A DNA stretch of 64,000 nucleotides from Camelus ferus. Its lineage: Eukaryota. Both the position numbers and the translations under genes were made by a program. Below are positions 11,514 to 22,612 of the stretch, piece after piece (positions within the stretch are counted from its first letter, which is position 1; every line of letters starts with the position of its first letter). The stretch covers positions 50,470,001 to 50,534,000 of the forward strand of contig NC_045697.1 in NCBI RefSeq assembly GCF_009834535.1, written 5' to 3'. A model generated the notes under the pieces. The model was not told the origin of the DNA. It did not search any database and saw only the letters and a program-made list of their open reading frames with translations.

Positions 11514-14267
11514 ATAACAAGGTTATAAATCACTCTGTAATTTGATACTTTAAAGGATAATTAAATCTAAGTAATAAAGAATTTTATTTTTTCTCAACAG
11601 AGGAGGTATGTATATGTTAAGAAAACTGCACATTCTCTGGGTAAAACAAAAATTTAAAACTAAATTACACAAGAGCATCAAAGTTTGAGATTTCTTATGT
11701 TTCAAACTTGACACTTATAACAATCCTGCGAAGCAGTTATTAGCCCCAAACAGCCTCAACCCAGATAAATTAAATGTCTTGTCCAAGATCAATTATCTAG
11801 TGACCATAGAAAGTAACTTAGGAATCTATCTTTTGACATCGTCTCATAACCTTTCAATGATTTGAAAGTATCTTTTGAAAAGTTTAGAACTATCTCCTTC
11901 CCACTCCATATTTCTCCTACAATATAAGTGACGCTTCAATTGCTGTTACGGAGTAGGGGTGGGGTGGAAATCATCTTTCTTAAATGACAAAAAAATTGCT
12001 AAAGTTTGGATTTCACTGTCAGTTGAACAAAGATGGAGAAAGGTGAGTTTGTCCCCATAGTCTTCTCGAAAGAATGAGCTAGATTCTCATCCAAGCCAAT
12101 TTTGTTCTACTTCTCAATATAATTTTGACCTGCACTTTCACTTCTGAAGAGTTCTCGATCTGTGTTTTTACATCCATGATGCTCCTACTCCTCCATGCTT
12201 CTTCAGTGATGGGAGGAGATATTACCAATTCTCCCACTGCAAAAGGGCCATCCAGGTCCATGGTGCAAATGCACATTTCTCTATCTGCAAAGAATCATTT
12301 CTTTATCCTTAGCACAAATCAGACCCTAGTCTTTCCTGCTCAGAATTGCTTACAACTGCAACTATTATAGAATTAAGCTAATTTCTTTAAGGTGTTGCTT
12401 TGTAGTCTTTTTTTTTTTTTTTCCTCAAAGTTTTTAGTATTGTTAGTTTTTCCACTGTTGGAAACTGTGTCCCAGCTGGCCAGGCCACAAGTGAAATATT
12501 TGCTTTTATGAATTAAAGAATGTTCAGGGCAGGGCGTGCCTCTACAAAAACTGGGCTGGCCTAACCTGTGACGCTCCCTTGGACATAGTCCATCACTCAG
12601 GATGGTTTCTGTGAGACTTGATACATTAATCCAACATCCGGGTATTTTACAGAGGAAATTATAAATAATTTTAGATGCTTCTATCAAATGAAAGTGTTTA
12701 GACTATATTTCCAACAGATGTACATAGCCAACAAACTAGCAAAATTGGTTCTAAATCATGTGTCCATCTACACAGCTCTATTGCTTTAAAAGAGTGGTTC
12801 TCAAACTTCCCTCAACTTCATCTCTGCCCCTGAGTGTTGCAAAATACAGTAAAGGAGTAAGTGGAAGTAATCAAACGACTGAAACAGCCCAGCCATGGAG
12901 AATTTTGATATCTACTACCCTGTCACCCTTATAAATCACAACTCATTATTTTAAAGTCATACAGGGAAAGAATAGATGCTAAAGTCATATCCATATATTC
13001 CACTAATCTTTCAGCTTTTTATGACATTACTGTCATTTGACCATGATAATCTTTCTGTAATTCAACTGCAAATACTACATTTGAGTTTTTGATCTTGACC
13101 ATGGGTCCTTGCTAAGAAAATAATTCACTATGATGTTAAAGATTCTGAAATACCAGAGGGTCAGTAAACAGATCTGGTGGCCAGCTCCACATTGGTAACT
13201 AAGACACAGAAGAATTCTGTTCTAAATGATAATGGGGCAGAGGATCTGAAAACTCAAAACTGGCCGTTAGAACGTCTATTTCAATAATGTTATGAAAATA
13301 AAAGTCCCTTTGGAGGCCACTATTTCTGTTAAATTTCCAAATGGGCTTCAGGTGTCTAAAGCTCCTGTCCATCTGTCTACCTTCACCTTTCAGGGATTTG
13401 TTTCAGTGAAATGGCCAACTGTGCCAGCAGGAAGTGATGCCGATGACTCACAGGATACAAATCACCTCTACTCTGTGAGTCAGGGCCGAGCCCACACCTT
13501 ACACAACACCGGGGACAACGTGTGGGAGAGGCTGAGTACCACCACCCCAGTGGGGGATACTAAATGTCGTGGGCCCCGAGCACTAAGTAAGTGCTTGCCT
13601 GAAATTCAGGAGGAGTGACAGATGTAGAAAACGTCCTTTTCATTGCATATGGTTTCTTTTGTCCTTGTTTCCTTATGGCCACACAGAGGGGCCATCTAGA
13701 AGGAGGCTGAGATTTGGTGACTGGCTGACCAAACCTATTCTGCAATAATCTTGACGTTCTCAGAGATAAAATGATTTTCCTGAATAACAATCAAGCAAAT
13801 ACAAATGATCTCAAATAAAACGAGACAGGTTGCAGAATGAAAGGAATGCACTTTATTTTCCCAATTCAACCTTTTAGGATATTTAGACCAGAACAGCAAA
13901 TTCATAATGAATCATAGTATTTGTCCAGCCCAAACAGGCAGCAGAATCTGCTCTGTTCACACTTCTGCTGTGGTCACCTGCCTGTGTGCTCACGGACTGT
14001 TAGTTCTCTACCTTCTTCCACGGCAGTCTGTGATTTTAGGATTTGTCTGTAACGTAGCAGGCTTGTTAGGTCTTGTGTACTTTCAAGGAGTGAATATGCT
14101 GTCACCATTTCCAGATGTCTTTTTGTTTTAAATTAAATTCCACTATTAGATAAAGTCATGCCCCACTTGGTTAAAATAATTGCAAATTCTTTATCGCATC
14201 AGACACTGAAAAGAACTAATGTCAGTTCTTTCTAGTAACAGTCTATTTTTCAGAGACTAGTGGACAA

Positions 14268-14313
14268 ATATATATATATATATATATATATATCATTTTA
14301 TATATATATATAT
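14268..14313 (+). repeat. Interrupted (TA)n microsatellite
   Basis: Direct inspection. Confidence 0.9.
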
Positions 14314-15574
14314 GTATCTGTATATTGTAAACCTTGCCTTCTACCATCAATCATTTTCTTCCTACAGTTTTTCAATGTTACCCTTATAACTAAGCTTCAT
14401 TAAAAGAGATTAAAAACAGGATAACGAGATGAAACCAGAGGTTGACATAATAATGGGTTACAAATAAATCTTTTAATTTTGAGTTTCAAATATAGTCATA
14501 AGATCTCCCTTGTCAAGTGTCAAGAAAAGATTTAATAGGCCGCATTTTTCAATTCATAGGCATTAAATCAAACCCTTCAATTTCAGTAGTAATTTCTAAA
14601 TCATACTTCAACGCGCTCATACAGTTTAGTGATCATACAATACTGTAGCTAAAGGTACTCAAATCAAGAATCAGTGAGTCAAAATATGAGAGTATAGTTT
14701 ACTTTGCCCTAAACATGGATTTAAAGGTGTATGTCTTATTCATAATGGAAATGTCCTCCTAAGGCAGGAGAAAGCACATCAGCTACTGTATAAAACTACT
14801 GTACACTTAATTTATATTAATCTGGGTGCTTTGGAACTTTGTGACTAAGAGCTCTAAATATGGGAATTGCAGCCCCTAAAACCAAAGATTCATGTCTAGA
14901 GTATTACTTCAAACTGTCTATTGAAAATATATATTTTTTTCTTCAAGATAATGTTACATGGTAGGGTCTTTTTATAACCTTTTCTATCTTTATTCCCTTC
15001 CATGTTGTTTCTCACACTTACCCCTATTGATCCAATTCAGAAATTTAAATTTCTATTACTTTACTGTTTTGACATAAAAATCTCCTAAAGGAGCAGCAGT
15101 TTGGATTATAAATGTTTGCCATTTAACTTTTTTCCCATTATGGTCGTATTGCATCCTAAGGGTTTGAAGACTTAATGACATTTTTTAAACCATATTGACT
15201 ATCTTATCATTCATTCTTTTATATAGAAGCCTATTGCCAAAAAATGAATTTGCATAAGGATACAGTTTTAATCAGTGATCATCAAAACACAAAAAGAGAA
15301 AATGAGTACATAAAAGATGATTTTAAAAGCCTCAAAGTGAATCGCTTTTCATCCAAAGAATCGATGTAATGCTCCTAGCACAACGGAAGCTGCTGAGAAA
15401 TTTTACTTTGTGAAAATACACTTTTTGGTTAACACTGGAGACTTCAGCTTCCATGAGAAGCATGTATGCACCTGTAGTATGACAGGAGGGTGGGAAGGGC
15501 TTAGTCATACTCAATAAATGGGGAAGAAGGAGGGCGCAGCTTAGCCTTTGCTTACTTTTAGTAACTACATGTCT

Positions 15575-16200
15575 CAGTAATATCTGTTCAATAAATATCT
15601 GATATTTTTCTAGATGCAAGATACTGAACAAGATGCTGAAAGGAAAACTGATGCAAAGGAGAGAGTTCTTGTTCTAAACAGAGTTAGTGGGGCCAGATAC
15701 CAGGGAGAGGAAAGGAGAGAATTCACAGATGATGCCAAGTTTCTGGCCAGAAAATCTCCAGGGAGGTGGAGCCATTAGAAGAGTAGATAACACAGCCAGG
15801 ATGGAAGGTTCGTGGTGGCATTCGCAGCTAGTCCACAGGATGGGAGGACTTAATGAGTGAAGGGATTTGAGTTTGTAGCTCATATGTCCTCTATGTATAT
15901 TTATGAGGCCCTTGGGAAGACAGATCTTGAGTAAAAGAATAAGAATGGAGTCGATGGAGTCTATTTGAAAGTCATATGACGAAATACCACCTTTAAAGGC
16001 CTAGGAGTCATTTAAATGTTCCAAGGGAAATAGTATGGAATGGCAAATAATAAAAGTTTGGGAAGTATGTGATAAGGAGTGGATAGAAATGGCCAAGGAA
16101 ACTGGAGAAAAAAGGAAGTTCAGTCTCGTGGGAGACAAGAGAACAGAGTTATCGAAGGAGGCACAGAGTGGTCAGCAATGCGATGACTGAAGAAAGGAGG
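15575..16200 (-). mobile_element. Degenerate L2 fragments
   Basis: L2 3'-end-like ttcaataaatatctga and internal motifs such as gatgatgccaagtttctggcc; boundaries approximate. Confidence 0.55.
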
Positions 16201-16425
16201 AGTGACTGGATCGTGAATAATATTCATCATCGTTCAGAACCAATGGTGCTGAAGTCAGCAATAAAAATTGCTAACTTGTTTTTTTAACACTAGAATTGGT
16301 TTTATATTTGCATCCAGCTTATCGTTAATACGATTTTTTTCTGCCTTGGTAAATCACTGATTACTGATTACTAAAACTGTGAATCATGAGTGGCAATGTG
16401 TTATAGCAATGGAAAACACATTAGC

Positions 16426-16651
16426 TAGTGCTTCCCACCCTAGTGTAATTTTGTCAGCCAGGGACATTTAGCAATGTCTGGAGACATTTTTGATCGTCAT
16501 AACTGGCCTGGGAGGCGGGGGTGGGGGTGCTCCTGACATCTAGTGGGTAGCGGCCAGGGTCTCTGCTAAACACCCTGCAGTGTATCGGACAGTCCACAAC
16601 AAAGAATTATCCAGTCCACAATGTAAATAGACCCGAGGCTGAAAAACCTTG
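16426..16651 (+). mobile_element. MER20 (hAT-Charlie DNA transposon), near full length
   Basis: gggacatttagcaatgtctggagacatttttg...catctagtgggtagcggccaggg...acaacaaagaattatccag...gaggctgaaaaaccttg follows the MER20 consensus; flanks cattagct/cattagat resemble an 8-bp TSD. Confidence 0.9.
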
Positions 16652-16887
16652 CATTAGATCCGTAAGATACGGAATCTAGTTCTAGCTCAGATACTAAGTT
16701 TATCCCTCTGTAGCTGGGTTTCCTTATCTCTAAAAACAGCACCCATGAGTAGGGTGGAGTAGAGCGGGAGATGGAATTTAGATCAGGTTACTCTAAGTTT
16801 CCTTTCATTTCTAAAACGATACTTTTTTTTTTCTTACTGACTATCCATCACTCAGTCATTTCATTGCCCCAGCCTCTCCCTCTCTCA

Positions 16888-16926
16888 TACACAGACACAT
16901 AGACACACACACACACACACCCACAC

Positions 16927-16956
<30 letters not shown>
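16888..16956 (+). repeat. Imperfect (CA)n microsatellite
   Basis: Direct inspection. Confidence 0.9.
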
Positions 16957-16957
<1 letters not shown>

Positions 16958-17912
16958 GAGTGCTGATATACTTAAATTTTCTTGGCATACCATCAGTGAA
17001 TACAGACTCCATTAAGAGAAATGGGAAAAATAAGGGAGAAAAATTATTCAACTTTATTATTAGATAGAATTGAATTTTCAAAAACTATTGCTTAATCAAA
17101 ATATTTTGCCTCTCCAGCACATTTTCAAAGAACAGCTGGTTAAGTCAAAATATAGTGCTGAGAACTCGGAATAAGTAACTTTCTAATCATCCACCCCACA
17201 ACATTTATTGGGTGATTAATATAAGTCAGTCACAATGTGAATGATAAAAGATAAGTATAGTACTTAGAGAGACCCGCCAGATACACACTTACAGTGCGAC
17301 GTAAGAAGAGTAGGACCGAAGGACTCAGAGAGGTGCAAAGGGCTGGAGGCAGACTGCCCATTTATTTTCCAGTGGTGACAGAAAGATGGAGGAGAGTATC
17401 AGAGAAAGCTTAATAGTTTTCTTCAGTCTTAAAGGATGAGTCGAACTCTCACCAAAAGTGAAGTGTGAGTTGGGAGTATCCACAGTAGAGGATACAGCCT
17501 ATTCAAAAATCAGCCCTTACATGCTGGGTAATTCACTTCTTTTGAATTCTGTTTTCTCATTTGTAAAATGGAAATGATAACAAAACCCTACCCGGCAAAA
17601 GGAAGTTACTATAAGGATCAAACGAGGCCTTTTTCTTAAAAAAAAAAAAAAAAAGCACTTGCTGTTGCTGCTAACAGCTCTAATTTTAAAAGTGTCTTTT
17701 TTAAAAAAAATTAATATTATCATATTTATAATATCCATATACAATAACCTGACAACATAGTTATTACGATCTCCTCTCTACAGATGAGAAAACTGAAGCT
17801 CAAAGAGGAATAAACCTTTGTGAAAGTATGAAATAAAAGAACTGGGGTATGAAACTTGTGTTCTATATACTATGTCCCTTGACTCAAAACTATAAAGTTT
17901 GCCATACCTGAA

Positions 17913-17935
17913 TGTGTGTGTGTGTGTGTGTGTGT
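17913..17935 (+). repeat. (TG)n microsatellite
   Basis: Direct inspection. Confidence 0.9.
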
Positions 17936-19149
17936 ACGATAATCGAGAAAGAAAGGCTCTTCTTATCGTAAGGATTTTCGTAAGGATTTTCAAAAAGATT
18001 TGTATTTAACTCACTTTCATGCCTCAAATTTAAAATTCAGGATTTTTTGTCTAAGTGATTAAGGGTTAACACTTTTTTTTCCTGGAGAATTATCAAGTTG
18101 TCTTGTGTATTATAAATAGTAACCTAGTTAATTAAATCATTACTTTAACCTAGAATGTCACTGCACCTTTTTTTGCCCTGTAACTAGACATCCAGTCTTA
18201 CATCAACTGCATCGCCAGAGGACACTGAGTCTGTCTCATTACTTCATTTTTTCAAAGGTTCCAGGACGGTCATACCAAGGTGATGGGTGTCACGGTGCTC
18301 CTCCCTAAGGAGCTCTCCTATTACAGCTTTGAGGAGTCTTCCTATTGTCTTCTGAAGGAATGCTCCTAACAGCAGTTACAGCCAGATGAATTAGACAATT
18401 TGCATAAGCCTGTATTCAGAGTGAGGACTGACAGATGAGAAAACCACACCTTAATTTACAGTCTCTTTAAAGAGGATTTCTTACATGACATTTATATCTC
18501 CTGGGTGATCATTAACCAGAAAATGCAAGCTTCTTGGGCAAAAATGGACAGAAGACATTCAAATTCATTTTTTCCAAAGTGACTGTGTGACTATTGTTCT
18601 TTTTTTTTTAACCAAGGAAGTATGTTTATTTTCTCACTGGTAATAGAAATGTACTGTAGATTCCAACTCGGTCCTTCATATACAGTATGTTCAATTCACA
18701 GTAACACTGTAAATTGATACAGGAAATCAGTCAATCAAAAAGGACATGGGTGTCCTTCTCTTTGATTGTTTTACTTAATTTACATCTTGGAAAACACAGA
18801 AATAAAGGCCTTGATCAACTGATGTCAATGGTTATTTCATAATAAAAGTCAATTTCCAGGGTACTATGTTGATTAAAAATGCTGAATACAGGTTAAGTAA
18901 AAAATTCAACATCTCTTAGCAGAGTTTGAGGAAACAGTCACAACTTCTCTGTGCCTGATTTTGAGTGATACCATAAAGATACCATTTTTGCACATATACT
19001 GGTCCCCATAACAGGTTCTAAGCCCTGGGGCAGACGCCAGACTACTCTGGCACTTCTCTATTAGAATCAGTTATTTTTACTACATTCCTGGTAACTCTGA
19101 GACCCTCCGGCTCCTTCCACATTGCTCCAGAATGACCTTGACATTTGCT

Positions 19150-19322
19150 ATCTCTAAGTCCTTGCAGGTATCTCACTTCACTGAGCCTTCGGTTCTTCAT
19201 TTGTCAAACTGGGCCAATCATAGCTACCTCGTAGAGTTATTCTAAGAAGTAACTGAGATGATATTGTAAAACACCTAACACACGACATGGCTGGCACACA
19301 GGAAGCATTTGGTAACTGTTAG
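19150..19322 (+). mobile_element. MIR SINE
   Basis: MIR core: tcacttcactgagccttcggttcttcatttgtcaaactggg...ctacctcgtagagttatt. Confidence 0.7.
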
Positions 19323-21884
19323 TTCTGTTCCCAACTCCTGTATTTGGGCCTCAGTGCTGAGCCACACACCCCAATTACCTAAGTTGCTCTTGCTCGTATG
19401 GCAAGATGATGAGGAAGGCAGCTAGGGAACCTGGGTCAAAAATCCAGCCTGGAGAGGCCTGTCATCAAGTTTTCAGCCTATGATGTGTCACCTCTGGTTG
19501 TGACAACATGGGCAGCTTATAAACTCTCGGGGTCAACAGAAAAGATCTGAGGCCAGCCAGTGTCTCACTGTCATCCATACTCCTCAGTTTTCAAGAAAGA
19601 ATGTTTACTCTGCTCACTTCTCTGTCATTGGGCAATGAAGTAGGGATGAATTGTCATTGAGATGTCATTCAGGAGCGTGTTCAAAAGTCCATTCAGATAT
19701 CAGTGGACATGTTTGATTTTTAGATCAAAAGCCCCTAAACATTCATTGCAGAACTTGAGATAATAATTTCTCATCTTCATTTTGGAACAATCATAAGATG
19801 AAAAATGATAATTTAACTCCAAAATTGTGTGTTATTTAGAAATGTGTTATCTAGTTTGAGGTATCTCAACCTTTTTACTTAATGTTGAGTAAGCTAAAAG
19901 TGCCAGCTAAAAGTGAACTTTTTCATTGTAGTGCTGCTTTTCTATGAGACTCTGGGCCAGAGTTTCCCAATACATAAAGTGAGAACATTGATATCAAATA
20001 TTTATAAAATATAAAAGTAACTAAATGATTGTGGGAGTGTGTAGCAATTTAAATCTGCATGTGTTTGAGGCAAAATAGGAAAGTGAAGGTGTTTGTATTT
20101 TGTTTTTCCAGCCATAAATCAAGGTAAGTCCACAAAAAATAATAAAAAAATGTTTGCCAAAATCTAAAATAAATGCCTCCTTCTTTTGAAGGATAGACAT
20201 TTGGGAAAAGCATTTCTAGTTAATTTTTTGTTTGGGGGGCGGGAAATGGCAATTTCAGAAATAACAGATGTTTTTGCCTTTTTCCCATGTGCCTTAGAAT
20301 AAGACTGTTGGACTTGCATACCTCAGTAGAGTATAGAGATATGATACGGAAATTCAAACAGGAACTTTCCTAGTGGCAGAGAAATATCCAAACAAACTGG
20401 GAAAACAGAAACTGACCTCGCTCATTTGGAAATGGGCTTGGTGGCTGATGAAATAGGTGAACTATAATTAAGTAATGCAATAAAGGACTTAAGCACTTTT
20501 ATGACAACAAAAACACACACAACACATACACTAGAGGGGTAGTAACCAGGTTATTCATAGGCTCTTGCTGTCTCAAATTAGAATATTCAATGAGTGGCCC
20601 AGAACAGATACCTGCATTGTTCAGAGCAACCTTACAGGTGGAAAAAAAAAGTGCTAAGCCATTCTGACCTCTAGGTTGATTTCTAACTCCAGGAAGTCTG
20701 TCACCTTTGTAATTTCATTCTTTTCACAGGGACTTCAAAACAAAGATAGCAAAGCCACACTGAGATTCTAGCAAGTCATTCTTACCAAAGTTTGGTAGAA
20801 ACCACAGATCCAGTTTCCACCTATGTTCTTGAACTTGGATGAGTAAGTTACAACTATGCATAGTATGCATTTCATAAAGTCTCCCAACTCTTGAGATAAG
20901 GCATGTCGAAATAATAATTTAACTGTCACATCCTGCACAGATAGTTAGGGGAATTCGCCTCATCGCAATTCCAGAAAGAATTTGAGATTGGCAACTTTTA
21001 TTTCCTTATTACAACTTTCATATACAAACCCCAAATTCCGCTTGAAGTTTAGGAACTAGCAATATTTTTTTTTCAAACCAGGTAAGTTACATGAAGATTT
21101 TTTTCTTCTTCTTTTTTTTTTTTTTTTCCCGTATGCACAAGAACTAAATGATCTCAAATAAGAAGACGGGCATTAAAGTACACTCAGCCATTACAAGCTC
21201 TAGGGTGTAATTAGCAGCAAGTGAAGAGCGCCTGACCGGCCTCCCGGGGCGGGGGCTGCGGGGGAAACCGGAAGCGGCAGGCCTTGGGGTCCCGGGCGGC
21301 GAGGAGCGCCGGGACCTGCCCGCGTCCCTCCCGCTCCCGGCACGCAAACACGCAAACACAGCCTTTTCATTCCGTCTTGTCCGGAGCTTCAGCACCGCAG
21401 ACACCGGCGCACACCTGACACAGGCGCACACCAGCGCCCCCAGAAGCTTAACCAGGCCTGAGTTAGAAAACTGAGCGCAAGACGGAAAAGCATTTCTCTC
21501 CAAAAGGTCTTTAACTGGCGCGGGTCTTGTCGGTTCCCGCCCCCACCGCGTCTTCTCGGTCTTTGGATTTCTAGAACTGGCAAATTTTCAAAAGGAAAAG
21601 CCCAAACCTTTTCAACTTTTTATTTCGCTAAATACAGAGCTCTATGAATTCATTCATCACATATATAGCACGTTGATTTATCAATGAAAAGCATTTTGAA
21701 CACAGACACCCCCCCCCCCAGCCCTCTTCCATCCCCTGCTGGAGGGAAAGACTGATTTGCCTAACAAGAGACACCGCGTGAAGTGGAGCACGCCTGAGCC
21801 TGGTGGGAAGCTCCGCATTGAGATGACAGCTGCCTCCAGGCCGCCTGTCCCCACTTGAGCGGCGGGCAAGGGCGGGGGACTCAC

Positions 21885-21936
21885 CCAGGCAGAGCAGCAG
21901 CGCGGGGACCTGGCAGGCGCGGACCGGCTCCATCAT
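21885..21936 (-). CDS. EREG: Epiregulin coding exon 1 (start of signal peptide, MMEPVRACQVPALLLCL-G)
   Basis: Minus strand reads ATGATGGAG...TGCCTGG|GTGAGT (canonical donor). VPALLLCLG matches the epiregulin signal peptide. Phase 1 joins exon 2 in frame. Which of the two adjacent ATGs is used cannot be determined. Confidence 0.95.
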
Positions 21937-22050
21937 CGTCTCCTGAGGTGAGCGTCTGCGGGACGCGGGCTGGGCGCGGGCTTGGGGGCGCGTTGAGCAG
22001 AGCCGGAGGGGCCACTCGACTGCCACGTCCGTCCGACAACCCGCCTGCCA

Positions 22051-22089
22051 GGCAAGTGAGGTCGACGGCCCCGCGCCGCGACCTTTATA
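22051..22089 (-). promoter_or_regulatory. EREG core promoter: TATA box and initiator
   Basis: TATAAA on the minus strand at 22089-22084; Inr-like TCACTT at 22059-22054 with its A (22057) 32 nt downstream of the TATA start; ETS-type CCGGATGT at 22194-22201 upstream. Confidence 0.8.
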
Positions 22090-22469
22090 AGTCTGGGGAG
22101 GGGCCTCGGGCCCGAGGACTAACTAGCGGGGTGAGGTACAAAGTGCCCAGAGTTTCATAATCGGCCCTGAGGGAGGAGTGGCCGGAGGACTGTCCGGATG
22201 TCATCCTCCCTCTCTGAACACCTGAGAGTGGCTGAGGAATGAAAAATTGCCCTTCTGGTGAGCCGGGGACTACTCCCCAAACTTTTCCATCTTCTTCTCG
22301 GGCTCCTGCGGGAGGAGGTGGGGAGCATGGACCAGAAAGGTTGGTTTGCTCCGTGGGGTCACCTGCCGGATAGTGGGTGGTGTTTTTAGTTGCTCTGGGT
22401 GACAGGCATAACCTGAATCAGTCAGCCGGCCAGCCAGAGCTGGAGCTCCCACTACATGCTTTTGGAAAG

Positions 22470-22612
<143 letters not shown>

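Larger units (their letters stand above)
21225..22330. promoter_or_regulatory. CpG island over the EREG promoter, exon 1 and start of intron 1 (two GC-rich blocks, ~21225-21560 and ~21770-22330)
   Basis: Dense CpG and GC boxes against an AT-rich, CpG-poor background. Confidence 0.85.

Noticed and set aside
12079..12370. Overlapping ORFs of 65 and 81 aa in intron 1 as a nested gene or extra exon
   Set aside because: No recognisable protein similarity, and the EREG reading frame is complete without them.
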